DNA of 64,000 nt from an uncultured Nitrososphaerales archaeon (GCA_963695855.1 CAVOHZ010000004.1:70877-134876), one strand, 5' to 3'. Counted from the first letter of the stretch, positions 19,270 to 30,034 are shown. The notes: a model not told the origin generated them from the sequence alone. Numbers and translations: made by a program.

Positions 19270-20151
19270 CTAAGGCATATTCATATTCATATTTGACTGT
19301 CCATCCATCATATTCATATTCATATTCATATTCATATTCGTTCTAGTTTTCAAATTGAAGGCATCTTGCAATTCTGGATGTATAGTAAGGTGCACCAACC
19401 TCATCAGATCGCTAGCAGATCCAACATTTAATAAAATACTATGCAAATTGTCTATGTTCTTTTCCAATTTATCTAACAACAAAGAATCAGTTTTGGATTC
19501 ACCAGAAAGCGAGTTTGTGGATTTTAAATAATTAAATATATTTTTCACCTCCATGGTCAATGCAAGAGCTGTCTCATAATTATCATAATTGAAAATTGTA
19601 TTATTTGTTGAAATGAGTTTTTGATATTGCTTATAGTTAGGACTGGAGTAATTGATAGGAATATTAGAATTTATAGATTTTTTAAAATGATCCAAAACGC
19701 CCAAGTTAGACATATTGGTCAAATCAACATCCAAAATGATTGCTGAGGCGTATTCACGTAGAATTTGATCAATTAGATCAGCTGTTACTAAAGAGTGAAT
19801 AGTACTGTTTTTACTAGATATCTCCTTGTTGTATCTTTTAATAAAATCATTATCATCAACTATATCATCGTCAACGTAATAGACATCATTTACTAGCCTT
19901 GCAGCATTGTCAGAGTGATCCATTGATAGTGTTATATTTACTGGAAAATTCTTCTTTGCAAGTTCTAGCTGAATAGCTGCTTGTTTTGACATCGCAAGAA
20001 ATGTTACAGAATCATCAGAAGTAAAACTATGACCAAATGCATAGTTGTCAGTATTAGTATTTGAAATACTATTCAAAGAGAAAATCAAACCCATTCCAAA
20101 TAAAATGGATAAAAGTGAGATATTATGATGGGTATAATAATGGCTACTCAT
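19270..20151 (-). CDS. Exported helical protein with Met-Asn repeat tail
   Basis: Signal peptide ending AFG|HSF; C-terminus NMNMNMNMNMMDGQSNMNMNMP encoded by an ATGAAT microsatellite. Confidence 0.75.
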   Translation of the reverse strand: MSSHYYTHHNISLLSILFGMGLIFSLNSISNTNTDNYAFGHSFTSDDSVTFLAMSKQAAIQLELAKKNFPVNITLSMDHSDNAARLVNDVYYVDDDIVDDNDFIKRYNKEISSKNSTIHSLVTADLIDQILREYASAIILDVDLTNMSNLGVLDHFKKSINSNIPINYSSPNYKQYQKLISTNNTIFNYDNYETALALTMEVKNIFNYLKSTNSLSGESKTDSLLLDKLEKNIDNLHSILLNVGSASDLMRLVHLTIHPELQDAFNLKTRTNMNMNMNMNMMDGQSNMNMNMP

Positions 20152-20288
20152 AAACTACGAACTAAAAATTAATTTTCTCTAATAAAACTATTTTGAAATA
20201 AAATTTGTTTGATATCTTCCAAGGCAGTTTATTAAACGAAATAAACATAGTGTTTAAATTTATTTATATGATTTGTTTATAAAAAAAT

Positions 20289-20474
20289 ATGCCAGTAATT
20301 CAAATTACTATGAACGAGGGAAGGAGTATTGAACAAAAAAGAGAATTGGTAAAGGTTTTAACAAGGGAAACAGCTCGCATATTACAAGCTAAAGAAGAAA
20401 ACATGAGAATACTAATTTATGAGATATCAAAAGAGAATTGGGGCAACGGTGGAATTCTAGGATCTGACTTGTAA
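20289..20474 (+). CDS. 4-oxalocrotonate tautomerase-family protein
   Basis: Catalytic Pro after Met, GRSIEQKRELV, ENWGNGG; 61 aa. Confidence 0.9.
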   Translation: MPVIQITMNEGRSIEQKRELVKVLTRETARILQAKEENMRILIYEISKENWGNGGILGSDL

Positions 20475-20688
20475 CTTTAAATCTAAAAGATCGCTTAAAA
20501 TTTTCTTATTTTATGCCTAAATTACATATACAAAAATTGGGTGAGGACAAAGTATAAATCTACTAGAGAAAATTATACCAACCAAAAATTTTTCATATAC
20601 ATCTACTGATAAAATTATTTAATATTATTTATTTATAAAATTCAAATGTTTGTCTTTATTCATACCGACAATAATAAAAACCAAGTAA

Positions 20689-20910
20689 CTACACATGCAC
20701 AATACGTGTAAATTCCTTTTTTGTCTCGGTAAAAATAATCTTTCCTACATATTCATCTATTCCTAGATCTTGTGCTATCTTTGAGGGTTCGTTATCTAAT
20801 ATCGATTCAATTGTGAATCCTGCATTATTTAACGCATCTTTTAAGCCTCGAGATATTTTTATCAGACTGATTCTGTTGTAGTTAGTCATTACCTGTTTAT
20901 TTATGAGCAT
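20689..20910 (-). CDS. Small helix-hairpin-helix-like protein
   Basis: ISRGLKDALNNAGFTIESI...IAQDLGID resembles the RadA N-terminal/HhH fold. Confidence 0.55.
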   Translation of the reverse strand: MLINKQVMTNYNRISLIKISRGLKDALNNAGFTIESILDNEPSKIAQDLGIDEYVGKIIFTETKKEFTRIVHV

Positions 20911-21034
20911 CGTACAACAAAAATTTATCCTATATACTATTTTTAAAATACTTAGATCTATATATCATGAAATATAATACGTAAAACAACAGCATAAAAC
21001 ATATGTTGGTTGTCATTTAAGATTAAAATGCAAT

Positions 21035-21439
21035 TTGAACGATATATTAGATGTATATTTTGACGATTTGAATAAGAAAATCTATATCCGTTTAGATTGT
21101 TCATGGTCTCCAGAAACTGTAAAGAAAATTGTTATGAATTTACCTATTAAAACGTACATGAACCAATGGGGAGAAGAACTCTATAGCGATGATACAAAAA
21201 TCGATGTCAAATACGAAAATCCGAAAAAAGAAGTAGAAATTTTTGATGTTGCTTTCTGGCCTGAAGGAAAAGCAATTTGCTTATTTTTTGGTCCTACGCC
21301 AATAAGCAAAATTGACAAGATATTACCTTATTCACCGGTAAATGTTATTGGAAGAGTAATTAATCCCGATCAAAATATTATAGAAGTTTTAAAACACAAA
21401 AACAGAACACACGTGACTATTAGCAAAAGTTCACAATAA
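21035..21439 (+). CDS. Cyclophilin-like fold protein (DUF369-like)
   Basis: WGEELY, DVAFWPEGKAICLFFGPTP, SPVNVIG. Confidence 0.85.
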   Translation: MNDILDVYFDDLNKKIYIRLDCSWSPETVKKIVMNLPIKTYMNQWGEELYSDDTKIDVKYENPKKEVEIFDVAFWPEGKAICLFFGPTPISKIDKILPYSPVNVIGRVINPDQNIIEVLKHKNRTHVTISKSSQ

Positions 21440-21521
21440 CATGATATTTCATTACCATTTCAAAACATTTTTTGAAGAGATGATTCAAGCAATAATAAAA
21501 TACAGTAGAATTGGCTTTAAG

Positions 21522-22157
21522 ATGTTGTTACATTTGAAAGGAATAATTTTTGATATGGATGGAGTATTGGTTGATTCTATGCCATCGCATTCTCGGGCAT
21601 GGCAATTGGCTTTTGAAAATGTAGCAAATATTCAAGTTGAAAGTAAACTCATATACAAAAATGAGGGAAGAAGAGGGATGGAATTAGTAAGAGAGATACT
21701 TGCTACTAAAAGTATTTATGTTACAGATATATCCATCATAGAGAAAATAGTTAGAAAAAAAAGTGAGATTTTTAAGAATATAGGTAGTTTCAAGTTATTT
21801 CCAGGTGTTAAAAAGGTAATATCTAGTTTACCTTGTAGAAAGGCAGTAGTTAGCGGGTCTACAAAGTCTGACGTTTTTAATATCATAAATCATAGCTTTG
21901 GAAATAAGATATTTGATGTCGTGATGACTGCAGATGATATTGCCAATGGAAAACCAAGTCCTATGCCGTTTATCAAAGCTTTACAAGAACTAGATTTAGA
22001 ACCTGAAAATACTCTTGTAGTTGAAAATGCACCATTAGGGGTACTGGCTTCAATAAATGCAGGAATAGAATGTATTGTGACATTAACCTGTATTTTGTGC
22101 AAAAGATACTTTTTTACCTTGAAATTTTGGATCAAACCAGCGAGGTTCAATCTTTGA
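21522..22157 (+). CDS. HAD-superfamily phosphatase (beta-PGM-like); C-terminus overlaps the convergent gene
   Basis: FDMDGVLVDS, VVSG, GKPSP, VVENAPLG; probable start is the ATG at 21522. Confidence 0.85.
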   Translation: MLLHLKGIIFDMDGVLVDSMPSHSRAWQLAFENVANIQVESKLIYKNEGRRGMELVREILATKSIYVTDISIIEKIVRKKSEIFKNIGSFKLFPGVKKVISSLPCRKAVVSGSTKSDVFNIINHSFGNKIFDVVMTADDIANGKPSPMPFIKALQELDLEPENTLVVENAPLGVLASINAGIECIVTLTCILCKRYFFTLKFWIKPARFNL

Positions 22158-23225
22158 GAAGATTAGAGAGCCTATCACACCCATTACAGCACCTATAACT
22201 ATCGTAAAAAAAGATAGTGGCACAAGGGTATTCAGAAAGGTTGGTAATACCCCAGTAATTGAATCTAAATTGGCATTTAATGCATTTCCATAGGTCCATG
22301 TAATCATAGGGTAATTGAAAAAATAAAAAACCGATCCCATTATTGCTCCCACCGCCAGTTTATTATACTTAAATTTTAATTCATTTTTGAACAATCTAGA
22401 ATTTAATATAATATCCGAAAGAAGAGATGCACTTAATATAGTAACAATGTACCACGGCAAAACAGGTGACAATAGACCCTTAGCAGGGATTATGTCTGCA
22501 AAAATATTAATAACAAGCAATAGTGAAGCAATAACAAATCCACTGCCAAAACTATTATTTAACGCTCTAGAGGAACTTAAAAATATTATAGAATTGATTA
22601 ATGGAAGGGATATGCTGGCAATTATTGTCGCACTATAAGAATCGAGATTAAAGTTAAAAAAATCGGAATCAGAAAATGGTAATACAAACATGAAAGTATA
22701 CCATATAGATGTATACCACAATGATGTAAGCGAAGGAATTAGAAAGAATTGTATTAAACGCTTTCTTTTCGGGATATAACTCATTAATCTATATAATCCC
22801 ATGAATACTGCGACGGAATTTACTAACATTCCCGTAACCAAAGTAGCATGTGATGGACTCAAAAGACCGTCAAAGCCAAAGGTGTTATGCCATAGAAAAT
22901 CAGAAGGACCTGCAATAACAGCCAACAAAGATCCTATTACCAAAAGCTTGAATGCTCCTGCAACAGATGTATTTTTTATTTCCTGGCTTCTCATTAAGAT
23001 ACAACCCAATAGAGCAGAAAGTGAGATTAGACCAACTCCAGTATATAGCATAGTATGAGATGGTGTAAAGAATGATTCTGGTTCTTGTAGAATATGGGAT
23101 GTTACATCCCAACTACCTCCACTAATTTGTACAAGAGAACTGATTGAAGATACAATTAGAATAAAAAGAGATATTTCAAAACGAGAGTGCGACAGAAAAA
23201 CAGATTTTGCACTGCTAATATTCAT
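22083..23225 (-). CDS. Polytopic membrane protein with two DxxxH-x12-H putative metal sites
   Basis: WDVTSH-ILQEPESFFTPS-H and SDFLWH-NTFGFDGLLSPS-H; about 10 TM. Confidence 0.8.
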   Translation of the reverse strand: MNISSAKSVFLSHSRFEISLFILIVSSISSLVQISGGSWDVTSHILQEPESFFTPSHTMLYTGVGLISLSALLGCILMRSQEIKNTSVAGAFKLLVIGSLLAVIAGPSDFLWHNTFGFDGLLSPSHATLVTGMLVNSVAVFMGLYRLMSYIPKRKRLIQFFLIPSLTSLWYTSIWYTFMFVLPFSDSDFFNFNLDSYSATIIASISLPLINSIIFLSSSRALNNSFGSGFVIASLLLVINIFADIIPAKGLLSPVLPWYIVTILSASLLSDIILNSRLFKNELKFKYNKLAVGAIMGSVFYFFNYPMITWTYGNALNANLDSITGVLPTFLNTLVPLSFFTIVIGAVMGVIGSLIFSKIEPRWFDPKFQGKKVSFAQNTG

Positions 23226-23563
23226 AACAAATCTAATTTGATAGAACTAATAAGGATAACTAAAAGAGTATGACGAGATTTTTTATATAGATGGATACTT
23301 TTAATATTTAAAATGACAATAACAACCTCTAATAGTAAAAGTAAAAGTTAATAGTTAGTTAAAAATATTTCAAAATTTTAGTCCTAGTGGTCGGACCGTA
23401 AAAAAATTTAGTATCACTTTTCTGATATGCCAAATAACAAAAAGCATGTTTGAAAGATAACCTGTCGACAGATGTTTGTCCAAATATATAATTCATAGGA
23501 TAATACCAGTAATTTTGATTATAAAAGAAACATATAGAAACAACAATAATAATTATTTTATGG

Positions 23564-24676
23564 ATGGCAAAAATCGTCAATCATGCTATTATTTTTGTTG
23601 TGATGTCAATATTTTTTGTTACATGCACGTTGGGATCTGTAAATGCTCAAAGCTCTAACATTACAGAAAAAGAGGATTTATCCCTTAACGACTTGTTTGA
23701 CATAGTTGAAAATTCTGTTGTACAGATAACTAAAACAATACCCTCTGAAAATCCATTTGGTCCAAACAACGAGAATAGTACTTCTCTAGGATCAGGATTC
23801 ATTTACAGCAATGATGGACATATAGTTACAAATAATCACGTAGTAGAACACGCAAAATCTGTAGATGTAACTTTCATTAACGGTGATAGATATACTGCTA
23901 ATGTAACTGGGACGGATGTTTTTAGCGATCTAGCTGTAATCAAGATTAATGAAAATGTTACAAAATTACCCTTGGTGCTAACTCTTGGAAATTCATCTCA
24001 GCTTAAGGTCGGAGATCAAGTAGTTGCAATAGGAAATCCATTTGGATTAGAAGGATCGATGACAACAGGTATCGTAAGTCAAATAGGCAGGCTTTTGTCT
24101 GTTGATGACAAAGGATTTTCAATTCCAAATGCAATTCAGACTGATGCATCTATTAATCCAGGCAACTCTGGAGGGCCATTATTAGATATGAAAGGTCAGG
24201 TAATAGGGGTAAATACTGCTGGAATTTTTCCAGGAGGAATCGGACTTGCTGTTCCTTCCAATACTGTAGCGCGCATAATTCCAGTACTTATTGAACATGC
24301 AAATTATACCCATCCATGGCTTGGAATAACAGGAACCACGCTTACATCAGACCTCGCCAAGAGAGAACACTTGGATAGAAGTCAAAAAGGTGTTATACTT
24401 GACACTATAGTAAAGGCAAGTCCTGCTGATTTGGCCGGATTAAACGGAAGTATGGTGAATCAATATGGTGAAAAGAGAGGAGGAGATCTGATTACTGCTA
24501 TAGATGGAAAGCCAATATTAAAAATTGAAGACTTGATTTCTTACTTGGAGATCAATAAAGCTGTAAACGAGAATGCCACCTTATCTATATATAGAGATGG
24601 AGAGATTTTGGAAAAAGAGATCATGTTGAAGAGTAGACCAGTACCCACACCACCTATCAATCAAACGAAGAGTTAG
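23564..24676 (+). CDS. HtrA/DegP-like serine protease with PDZ domain, exported
   Basis: Signal peptide; catalytic triad TNNHVV, SDLAV, GNSGGP; C-terminal PDZ (SPADLAGL..GDLITAIDG). Confidence 0.93.
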   Translation: MAKIVNHAIIFVVMSIFFVTCTLGSVNAQSSNITEKEDLSLNDLFDIVENSVVQITKTIPSENPFGPNNENSTSLGSGFIYSNDGHIVTNNHVVEHAKSVDVTFINGDRYTANVTGTDVFSDLAVIKINENVTKLPLVLTLGNSSQLKVGDQVVAIGNPFGLEGSMTTGIVSQIGRLLSVDDKGFSIPNAIQTDASINPGNSGGPLLDMKGQVIGVNTAGIFPGGIGLAVPSNTVARIIPVLIEHANYTHPWLGITGTTLTSDLAKREHLDRSQKGVILDTIVKASPADLAGLNGSMVNQYGEKRGGDLITAIDGKPILKIEDLISYLEINKAVNENATLSIYRDGEILEKEIMLKSRPVPTPPINQTKS

Positions 24677-24802
24677 AAAATCCTTATTTTCCTATCTTCA
24701 TTTTATATTGAATTTCTAATTTTTTCGTTTATTAACTATCGAGTATTAGAATTATTATAATAAAATTTAAATCCATACAAATATAATTCCATTCGTTATA
24801 TT

Positions 24803-24820
24803 TGTTAGATGAGGCTAACA
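24803..24820. promoter_or_regulatory. Putative DtxR/MntR-family operator TGTTAG-N6-CTAACA
   Basis: Perfect inverted repeat immediately before a TATA-like TTTATTTA ahead of the MCO-ZIP-DtxR operon; TTAG...CTAA is the typical DtxR-family half-site. Confidence 0.6.
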
Positions 24821-24851
24821 TTTATTTATGCACGAAAGCTATTATATTTGT

Positions 24852-26048
24852 ATGAAATTATCTAAATCGCTTATCTTTCTTTTCTCTTTAGCATTCATTT
24901 TTATAGTTTATACCGGTATCAAATTAGTTAATCCAAATACATCATCTCACTCTCAAGAAGAAAAGGTACAAAGAATAATTGGAGGTCACACCCCAGGATA
25001 TAGCACTTCAACAACAAATAGGGAACTTATTGATCCAATTTCTCAAAAGATACCAATTGAAGATGCAGTAATAGATCCTGATAAATACTTGAGAGATTTT
25101 AATTATGGAAGAGTATCAGTCTCAGATAATGGCACGACAATAAGAGATTTTACAATTGTTGCTTCAGATCAAGACATAAAGGAAATTTCCCCAGGTGTAT
25201 TTTATAATGTTTGGACATTTAATGGAACAGTACCTGGACCAACAATCCGTGCTGTTGAAGGAGATATTGTGAGGATCAATTTCATAAACAATGGATCAAA
25301 ATTTCATACAATGCATTTTCATGGAATTCATAAGGCAGAAATGGATGGAGTATTTGAAGGAGTAGCTCCTGGAGGAAAATTTACTTATGAATTTATAGCC
25401 GAGCCATTCGGAGTTTTTCCATACCACTGTCATATCCAACCACTGGAAGAACACATAGTTCACGGTTTGTATGGAGTTTACATAGTTGATCCCAAAATTC
25501 CTAGACCTGAAGCTGATGAGATGGTCATGGTAATGAATGGTTATGATACCGATTTCGATACTGAAAATAACTTCTATACTGTAAATGGCATTCCTTATTA
25601 TTACATGCATCATCCTATTCAGATTAAGCAAAATGATCTAGTTAGAATTTATCTAGTAAATATGCTGGAATTTGATCCTATCAATAGTTTTCATTTACAT
25701 GCAAATCTTTATAATGTATACAAGACCGGAACAAAAACAACTCCAGACGAATATACAGATATGATAACCATGAGTCAGGGAGAAAGAAGTATTTTAGAAT
25801 TCAAATACATGTATCCCGGAAAATATATGTTTCATGCTCACAAGACGGAATTTGCTGAGAAGGGATGGATGGGTTTATTTCTCGTAAAAGAATCAGTTAA
25901 TGAAAAAAATAATACAAGCTACACAAATACTGCCGATACTATGTCTGACGAAAATGACCCGAACTTGAGTACAGGAACTTATAATAAGATAACACAAAAA
26001 GAAGCAGCAGCAGAGATTCTGAAAAATTTAACCAATGGAGGTAACTAA
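24852..26048 (+). CDS. Two-domain multicopper oxidase, membrane-anchored
   Basis: HTMHFHG, YHCH..H (type-1 Cu in domain 1), FHLH, FHAH; N-terminal TM; probable start at 24852. Confidence 0.9.
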   Translation: MKLSKSLIFLFSLAFIFIVYTGIKLVNPNTSSHSQEEKVQRIIGGHTPGYSTSTTNRELIDPISQKIPIEDAVIDPDKYLRDFNYGRVSVSDNGTTIRDFTIVASDQDIKEISPGVFYNVWTFNGTVPGPTIRAVEGDIVRINFINNGSKFHTMHFHGIHKAEMDGVFEGVAPGGKFTYEFIAEPFGVFPYHCHIQPLEEHIVHGLYGVYIVDPKIPRPEADEMVMVMNGYDTDFDTENNFYTVNGIPYYYMHHPIQIKQNDLVRIYLVNMLEFDPINSFHLHANLYNVYKTGTKTTPDEYTDMITMSQGERSILEFKYMYPGKYMFHAHKTEFAEKGWMGLFLVKESVNEKNNTSYTNTADTMSDENDPNLSTGTYNKITQKEAAAEILKNLTNGGN

Positions 26049-26053
26049 AAAGA

Positions 26054-27363
26054 ATGAAAGACATAGAGAACAAACAAGCAAAAAAAGAAAGTAAAAACAA
26101 TATAGAATTCTCTAAAAAAAGATATTTCTCTATGGTATAATTCCTTTTATCATACTAGCTGCTCTAATTGCTTTTCTCATAAGTCCAAATAGTCAACTCT
26201 TTCTGAATGCAGGAATAGCACTACCAAATCTTACAATAGAGAAAATAGAATTTCAACAAGATTTTATAATTGCACATGTCAGAAACACAGGACAGTTCGA
26301 TACTGTTATTTCGCAGGCCGATATAAATGATAGAATTCATCCTGCAGGTGTAGAACCTTCTAAACACCTTTTAAGATTTGAATCAGCAAAAATAACTATT
26401 CCATTTTCTTGGAATGTAGGCGAACCATATGAGATAGGAATTACAACAAGTGACGTTACAAGATTTAGCAAAATCATTGAAGCTGCTGTCCCATCTCCAA
26501 ATCCAAATTATGAACAATTCTCGATATTTGCCATCATAGGTACATACGTCGGAATCATACCAATACTGATAGGTTTATTGTGGTATCCTTTGATAAAAAA
26601 ATTAAATCAGAACAAGTATAATTTCTTTCTAAGTCTTACTGTAGGATTACTGGTCTTTCATGGATTTGATGCCTTGTTAGAAAGTGATGAGATTGTAGTC
26701 TCAAATGTTTCTAAAATCTTTAATGGACAAATGCTTATCATAATAGGATGTATTATCACTTTTCTGGTACTAATTTACATCTCAAATAGATTTACACAAA
26801 GAACTAAAAAGAGTAAATCGTTAATTGAAGGTGAGAATACAGACTACAACGAATCTGTGTCATCATTTTCATCCATGTCCACCAGGCAAGAACAAAAAGA
26901 CATCATCAAACCAATTACATTGTCTTTGATGATAGCTGTAAGCATAGGATTACATAACTTTGGAGAAGGATTAGCTATTGGTTCTGCAATTTTGATCGGC
27001 GAGGTTGTACTGAGTACTTTTCTTATAGTAGGTTTTACCATTCATAACACAACAGAGGGTTTAGCAATAGTTGCACGATTGACTAAAAGCGGAAAGATAA
27101 CGATACGAAAATTAATAATGCTTGGAGTAATTGCTGGTGGACCAACAATAATCGGAGCTTGGATAGGAGGTTTCCTTTATCATCCCATTGCCTCTGTGAT
27201 CTTCTTGGCTATAGGAGCCGGTGCAATCTTTCAGGTAGCATATCAAGTATATTCATGGTTTTCATCCTATCTAGGAAATAAAAATACTTTAACAAATGGA
27301 TATATTATCAGCGGATTTATTGTTGGAATAATGATTATGTATCTAACAGGATTATTTATATAA
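26054..27363 (+). pseudogene. ZIP-family metal transporter with extracellular domain, frameshifted at an A7 run
   Basis: ATG 26054 runs into a stop just after the A7 at 26114-26120. The -1 frame continues (IFLYGIIPF...VRNTG...PFSWNVGEPY) into ORF 26578 with LHNFGEG and IHNTTEG. Confidence 0.8.
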
Positions 27364-27392
27364 AAAAAGGAGATGAAAGAGGTAATCCCAAA

Positions 27393-27893
27393 TTGAATAT
27401 AATGAATACAAAAGGTCTATCGAGTAGCAGCAAAAGTATCAAAGAAAGTACTAGATTGACTTCCATACGTAATGCTAATTCCTCCTCCAAGAAATATATA
27501 AAAGATAGAACTCCAAGGATGGAGGATTACCTTGAAGTTATTTATGAATTAGTCCAAAACAAAGGATATGCAACAACCGTAGACATATCTCAGTATCTGA
27601 ATGTAAGTTCTCCAAGTGTCACAAAAATGGTACAAAGATTGGATGAAGCAGAGATGCTTATCTATGAAAAATATAGAGGAATAAGATTGACTGAACATGG
27701 AATTTCTATCGCTATTAGTATTAGAAATAGACATGGGCTTTTATCAGAATTTTTCAGATTAATCGGGGTTGATGAAAATACTGCAAATGAAGATGCAGAA
27801 GGTCTCGAACACCATTTACATCCAGAAAGTATAAAGAAATTGCAGAAATTGGTAAATATTATGAAAAACAATCCAGATATCTTAGATATTTGA
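27393..27893 (+). CDS. DtxR/MntR-family metal-dependent regulator
   Basis: MEDYLEVIY, LNVSSPSVTKM, RHGLL..F, AEGLEHH. Confidence 0.92.
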   Translation: MNIMNTKGLSSSSKSIKESTRLTSIRNANSSSKKYIKDRTPRMEDYLEVIYELVQNKGYATTVDISQYLNVSSPSVTKMVQRLDEAEMLIYEKYRGIRLTEHGISIAISIRNRHGLLSEFFRLIGVDENTANEDAEGLEHHLHPESIKKLQKLVNIMKNNPDILDI

Positions 27894-28092
27894 ATTACTT
27901 TTTAAATTAAAAATGAAATTATCAAATTAAGCGAATTTATCACGATTTATGGTTACAAAACAAAATTACAAAAGAACATAATTCCTAGTATCAGAAAAAA
28001 TAATTTATAAAAAAAAACTAAAAATAAAAAAATGTTCTTGTTTTACAAAATTTTAATGATGTTTTATTATCTGGTGTTAATTGGTTGAATTG

Positions 28093-28830
28093 TCAATTTA
28101 TTTTTTTCTTGCTTTTTTCAATCATATCACGAAAATTCACATAAACTAATTTACATAGACTCGATAGCTCCTCTATTTGGGATAGATTTTTGGGCATGAT
28201 AGAATCTACTGATATTTTGGAATCTTCAATTTCTTTTGAATATTGATTTATCCAATCCTTTATCATATTGACATCGACTTCAATGTGAAACTGTATTCCT
28301 ATAACATTCTTGATCCTAAAAGCTTGAACATAGTCACGTGATTTTGCTAAAATGGTAGAACCGTCTGGAAGAAGAAATGTCTCTCCATGCCATTGAAAAA
28401 TTTTAACGTTGTTTGTAGATAAACCACTAAATATTTCTTTTTTACCATCATTAGTTATTTCTACATCATACCAGCCAATCTCTTTTGTTTTTCCAACATG
28501 AACGCTACCTCCTAAAGCTTGCGCAATCAATTGAGACCCTAGACAAATCCCCAAGGTTGGAATATTCATGTCAACTGCTTTATTTATCAAATTTTGCTCC
28601 TCTTGTAAATATTCGTAATTATCAGAAACAGACATTGGACCACCCAAGATTACGATGCCCGAATAATCAGAGAGATTTTGAAAAATATTTTTTATGTTTC
28701 TAGCATCAATCACAGAAATATCATATTTATCAGATTCAAAAAGTTTTTTAAACCTACCTAGGTGTTCACATTGAATATTTTGAACTACTAAAATACTATC
28801 GTTCACGGGAAGAGATGAAGACAAATTCAA
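28093..28830 (-). CDS. Class I glutamine amidotransferase
   Basis: LGGPMS, GICLGSQ, FQWHGETF, QFHIE. Confidence 0.9.
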   Translation of the reverse strand: MNLSSSLPVNDSILVVQNIQCEHLGRFKKLFESDKYDISVIDARNIKNIFQNLSDYSGIVILGGPMSVSDNYEYLQEEQNLINKAVDMNIPTLGICLGSQLIAQALGGSVHVGKTKEIGWYDVEITNDGKKEIFSGLSTNNVKIFQWHGETFLLPDGSTILAKSRDYVQAFRIKNVIGIQFHIEVDVNMIKDWINQYSKEIEDSKISVDSIMPKNLSQIEELSSLCKLVYVNFRDMIEKSKKKIN

Positions 28831-29080
28831 GAAAGATACAAGCTTTTAGAATATAAAGCTATAAAAGATCAGAAAATAAAAGTAAATCAGATCATATCAA
28901 TTTTAAACAGATAATTTTAGAATAATTTTGTCTGTATTATAAAAATTCAAAATAATAAAGTTCCTTGAAATTAACTAAGTTTTTGTTCCAAAATTTGAAC
29001 TATTTTGGGCTATTCAATCAAAAATTATATCTATTTTGTAAAACATCAATCTGAAAAAATAACAGATATTCAAGTTATAG

Positions 29081-29337
29081 ATGCCTATTTTTGTAGACAT
29101 CCAGAAGATTTCCTTTCTAGAGAACAATTTTAGATGATTTAATAGATCTATCAAGGATGAATTTGGCGTTACACATATTGCTTTTTTTCAATAGAGACGA
29201 GATATAGCTATTATCTTTTAGATGCACCTAACAAAAAAGCAGTAGAATAATTCATTAAGATCGATATAAATCTGATTGAATCATCGAAGTTAAGACGACT
29301 AAAAAAAGACTTAGGAATTAATCCTAAAATAGGATAA
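29081..29337 (+). pseudogene. Degraded DUF4242-like (small metal-binding) gene
   Basis: Fragments MPIFVDI, KDEFGVTHI and LLDAPNKKAVE in changing frames with stops. Confidence 0.5.
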
Positions 29338-29584
29338 ACACAAAATAAAAATAGAATCAACTTGGCTTTATATCAGTAATTGAACATATCATATAAATAA
29401 TGAAAACTTTTTCAATAAACAGTTTTTTTGTTTTGCTTGGTCTTGTGTATAGGAAATAAATAGCTATGAATCTTTTGTGAAAATAATTTTATATAATTTG
29501 AAATACGTTGTTTAAATAAAAATAAAGTTGCAAAAAATACACATACGTAACATATGAATTAGATAATGCTTTTTATTTAACTGA

Positions 29585-30034
29585 TTGAGTCGATTTACCA
29601 ATAGATTTATCGTTAGGGCTCCAATAGAAAAAGTTTGGAATTTTTATACAGATATAAAACATTTAGAAATTATCACTCCACAAAAACTAAATTTAAAAGT
29701 TATCGATACAACAAATGATAAAATTTCTACAGGACAGGAATGTACTATATCTGCAAAAATGCTAACACGAAAGAGATGGCGCTCCAAAATTGCAGCATGT
29801 ACTCCCTATGAATACACAGATGAAATGTTAGAAGGACCTTTTAAGAAATGGAAGCATGTTCATAAATTTACTGAAATTAGCAGGAACGAGACAGAAATTA
29901 TAGATGAAATCGATTTTGAATTATCTTATGGAATAATTGGAAGATTAGCTAATTTTTACATAATACATGTTCTTGAAAAAATATTTGAAAACAGGAGAGT
30001 AGCTACCAAGATTCACCTAGATAAAAAATATTGA
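29585..30034 (+). CDS. SRPBCC/START-fold protein
   Basis: APIEKVWNF, L..ITP, D.MLEGPFKKWKHVHKF. Confidence 0.85.
   Translation: MSRFTNRFIVRAPIEKVWNFYTDIKHLEIITPQKLNLKVIDTTNDKISTGQECTISAKMLTRKRWRSKIAACTPYEYTDEMLEGPFKKWKHVHKFTEISRNETEIIDEIDFELSYGIIGRLANFYIIHVLEKIFENRRVATKIHLDKKY

Noticed and set aside
24852-26048. Copper nitrite reductase NirK
   Set aside because: HxH motifs in both domains indicate a trinuclear-cluster oxidase, and the ZIP/DtxR context fits metal handling.
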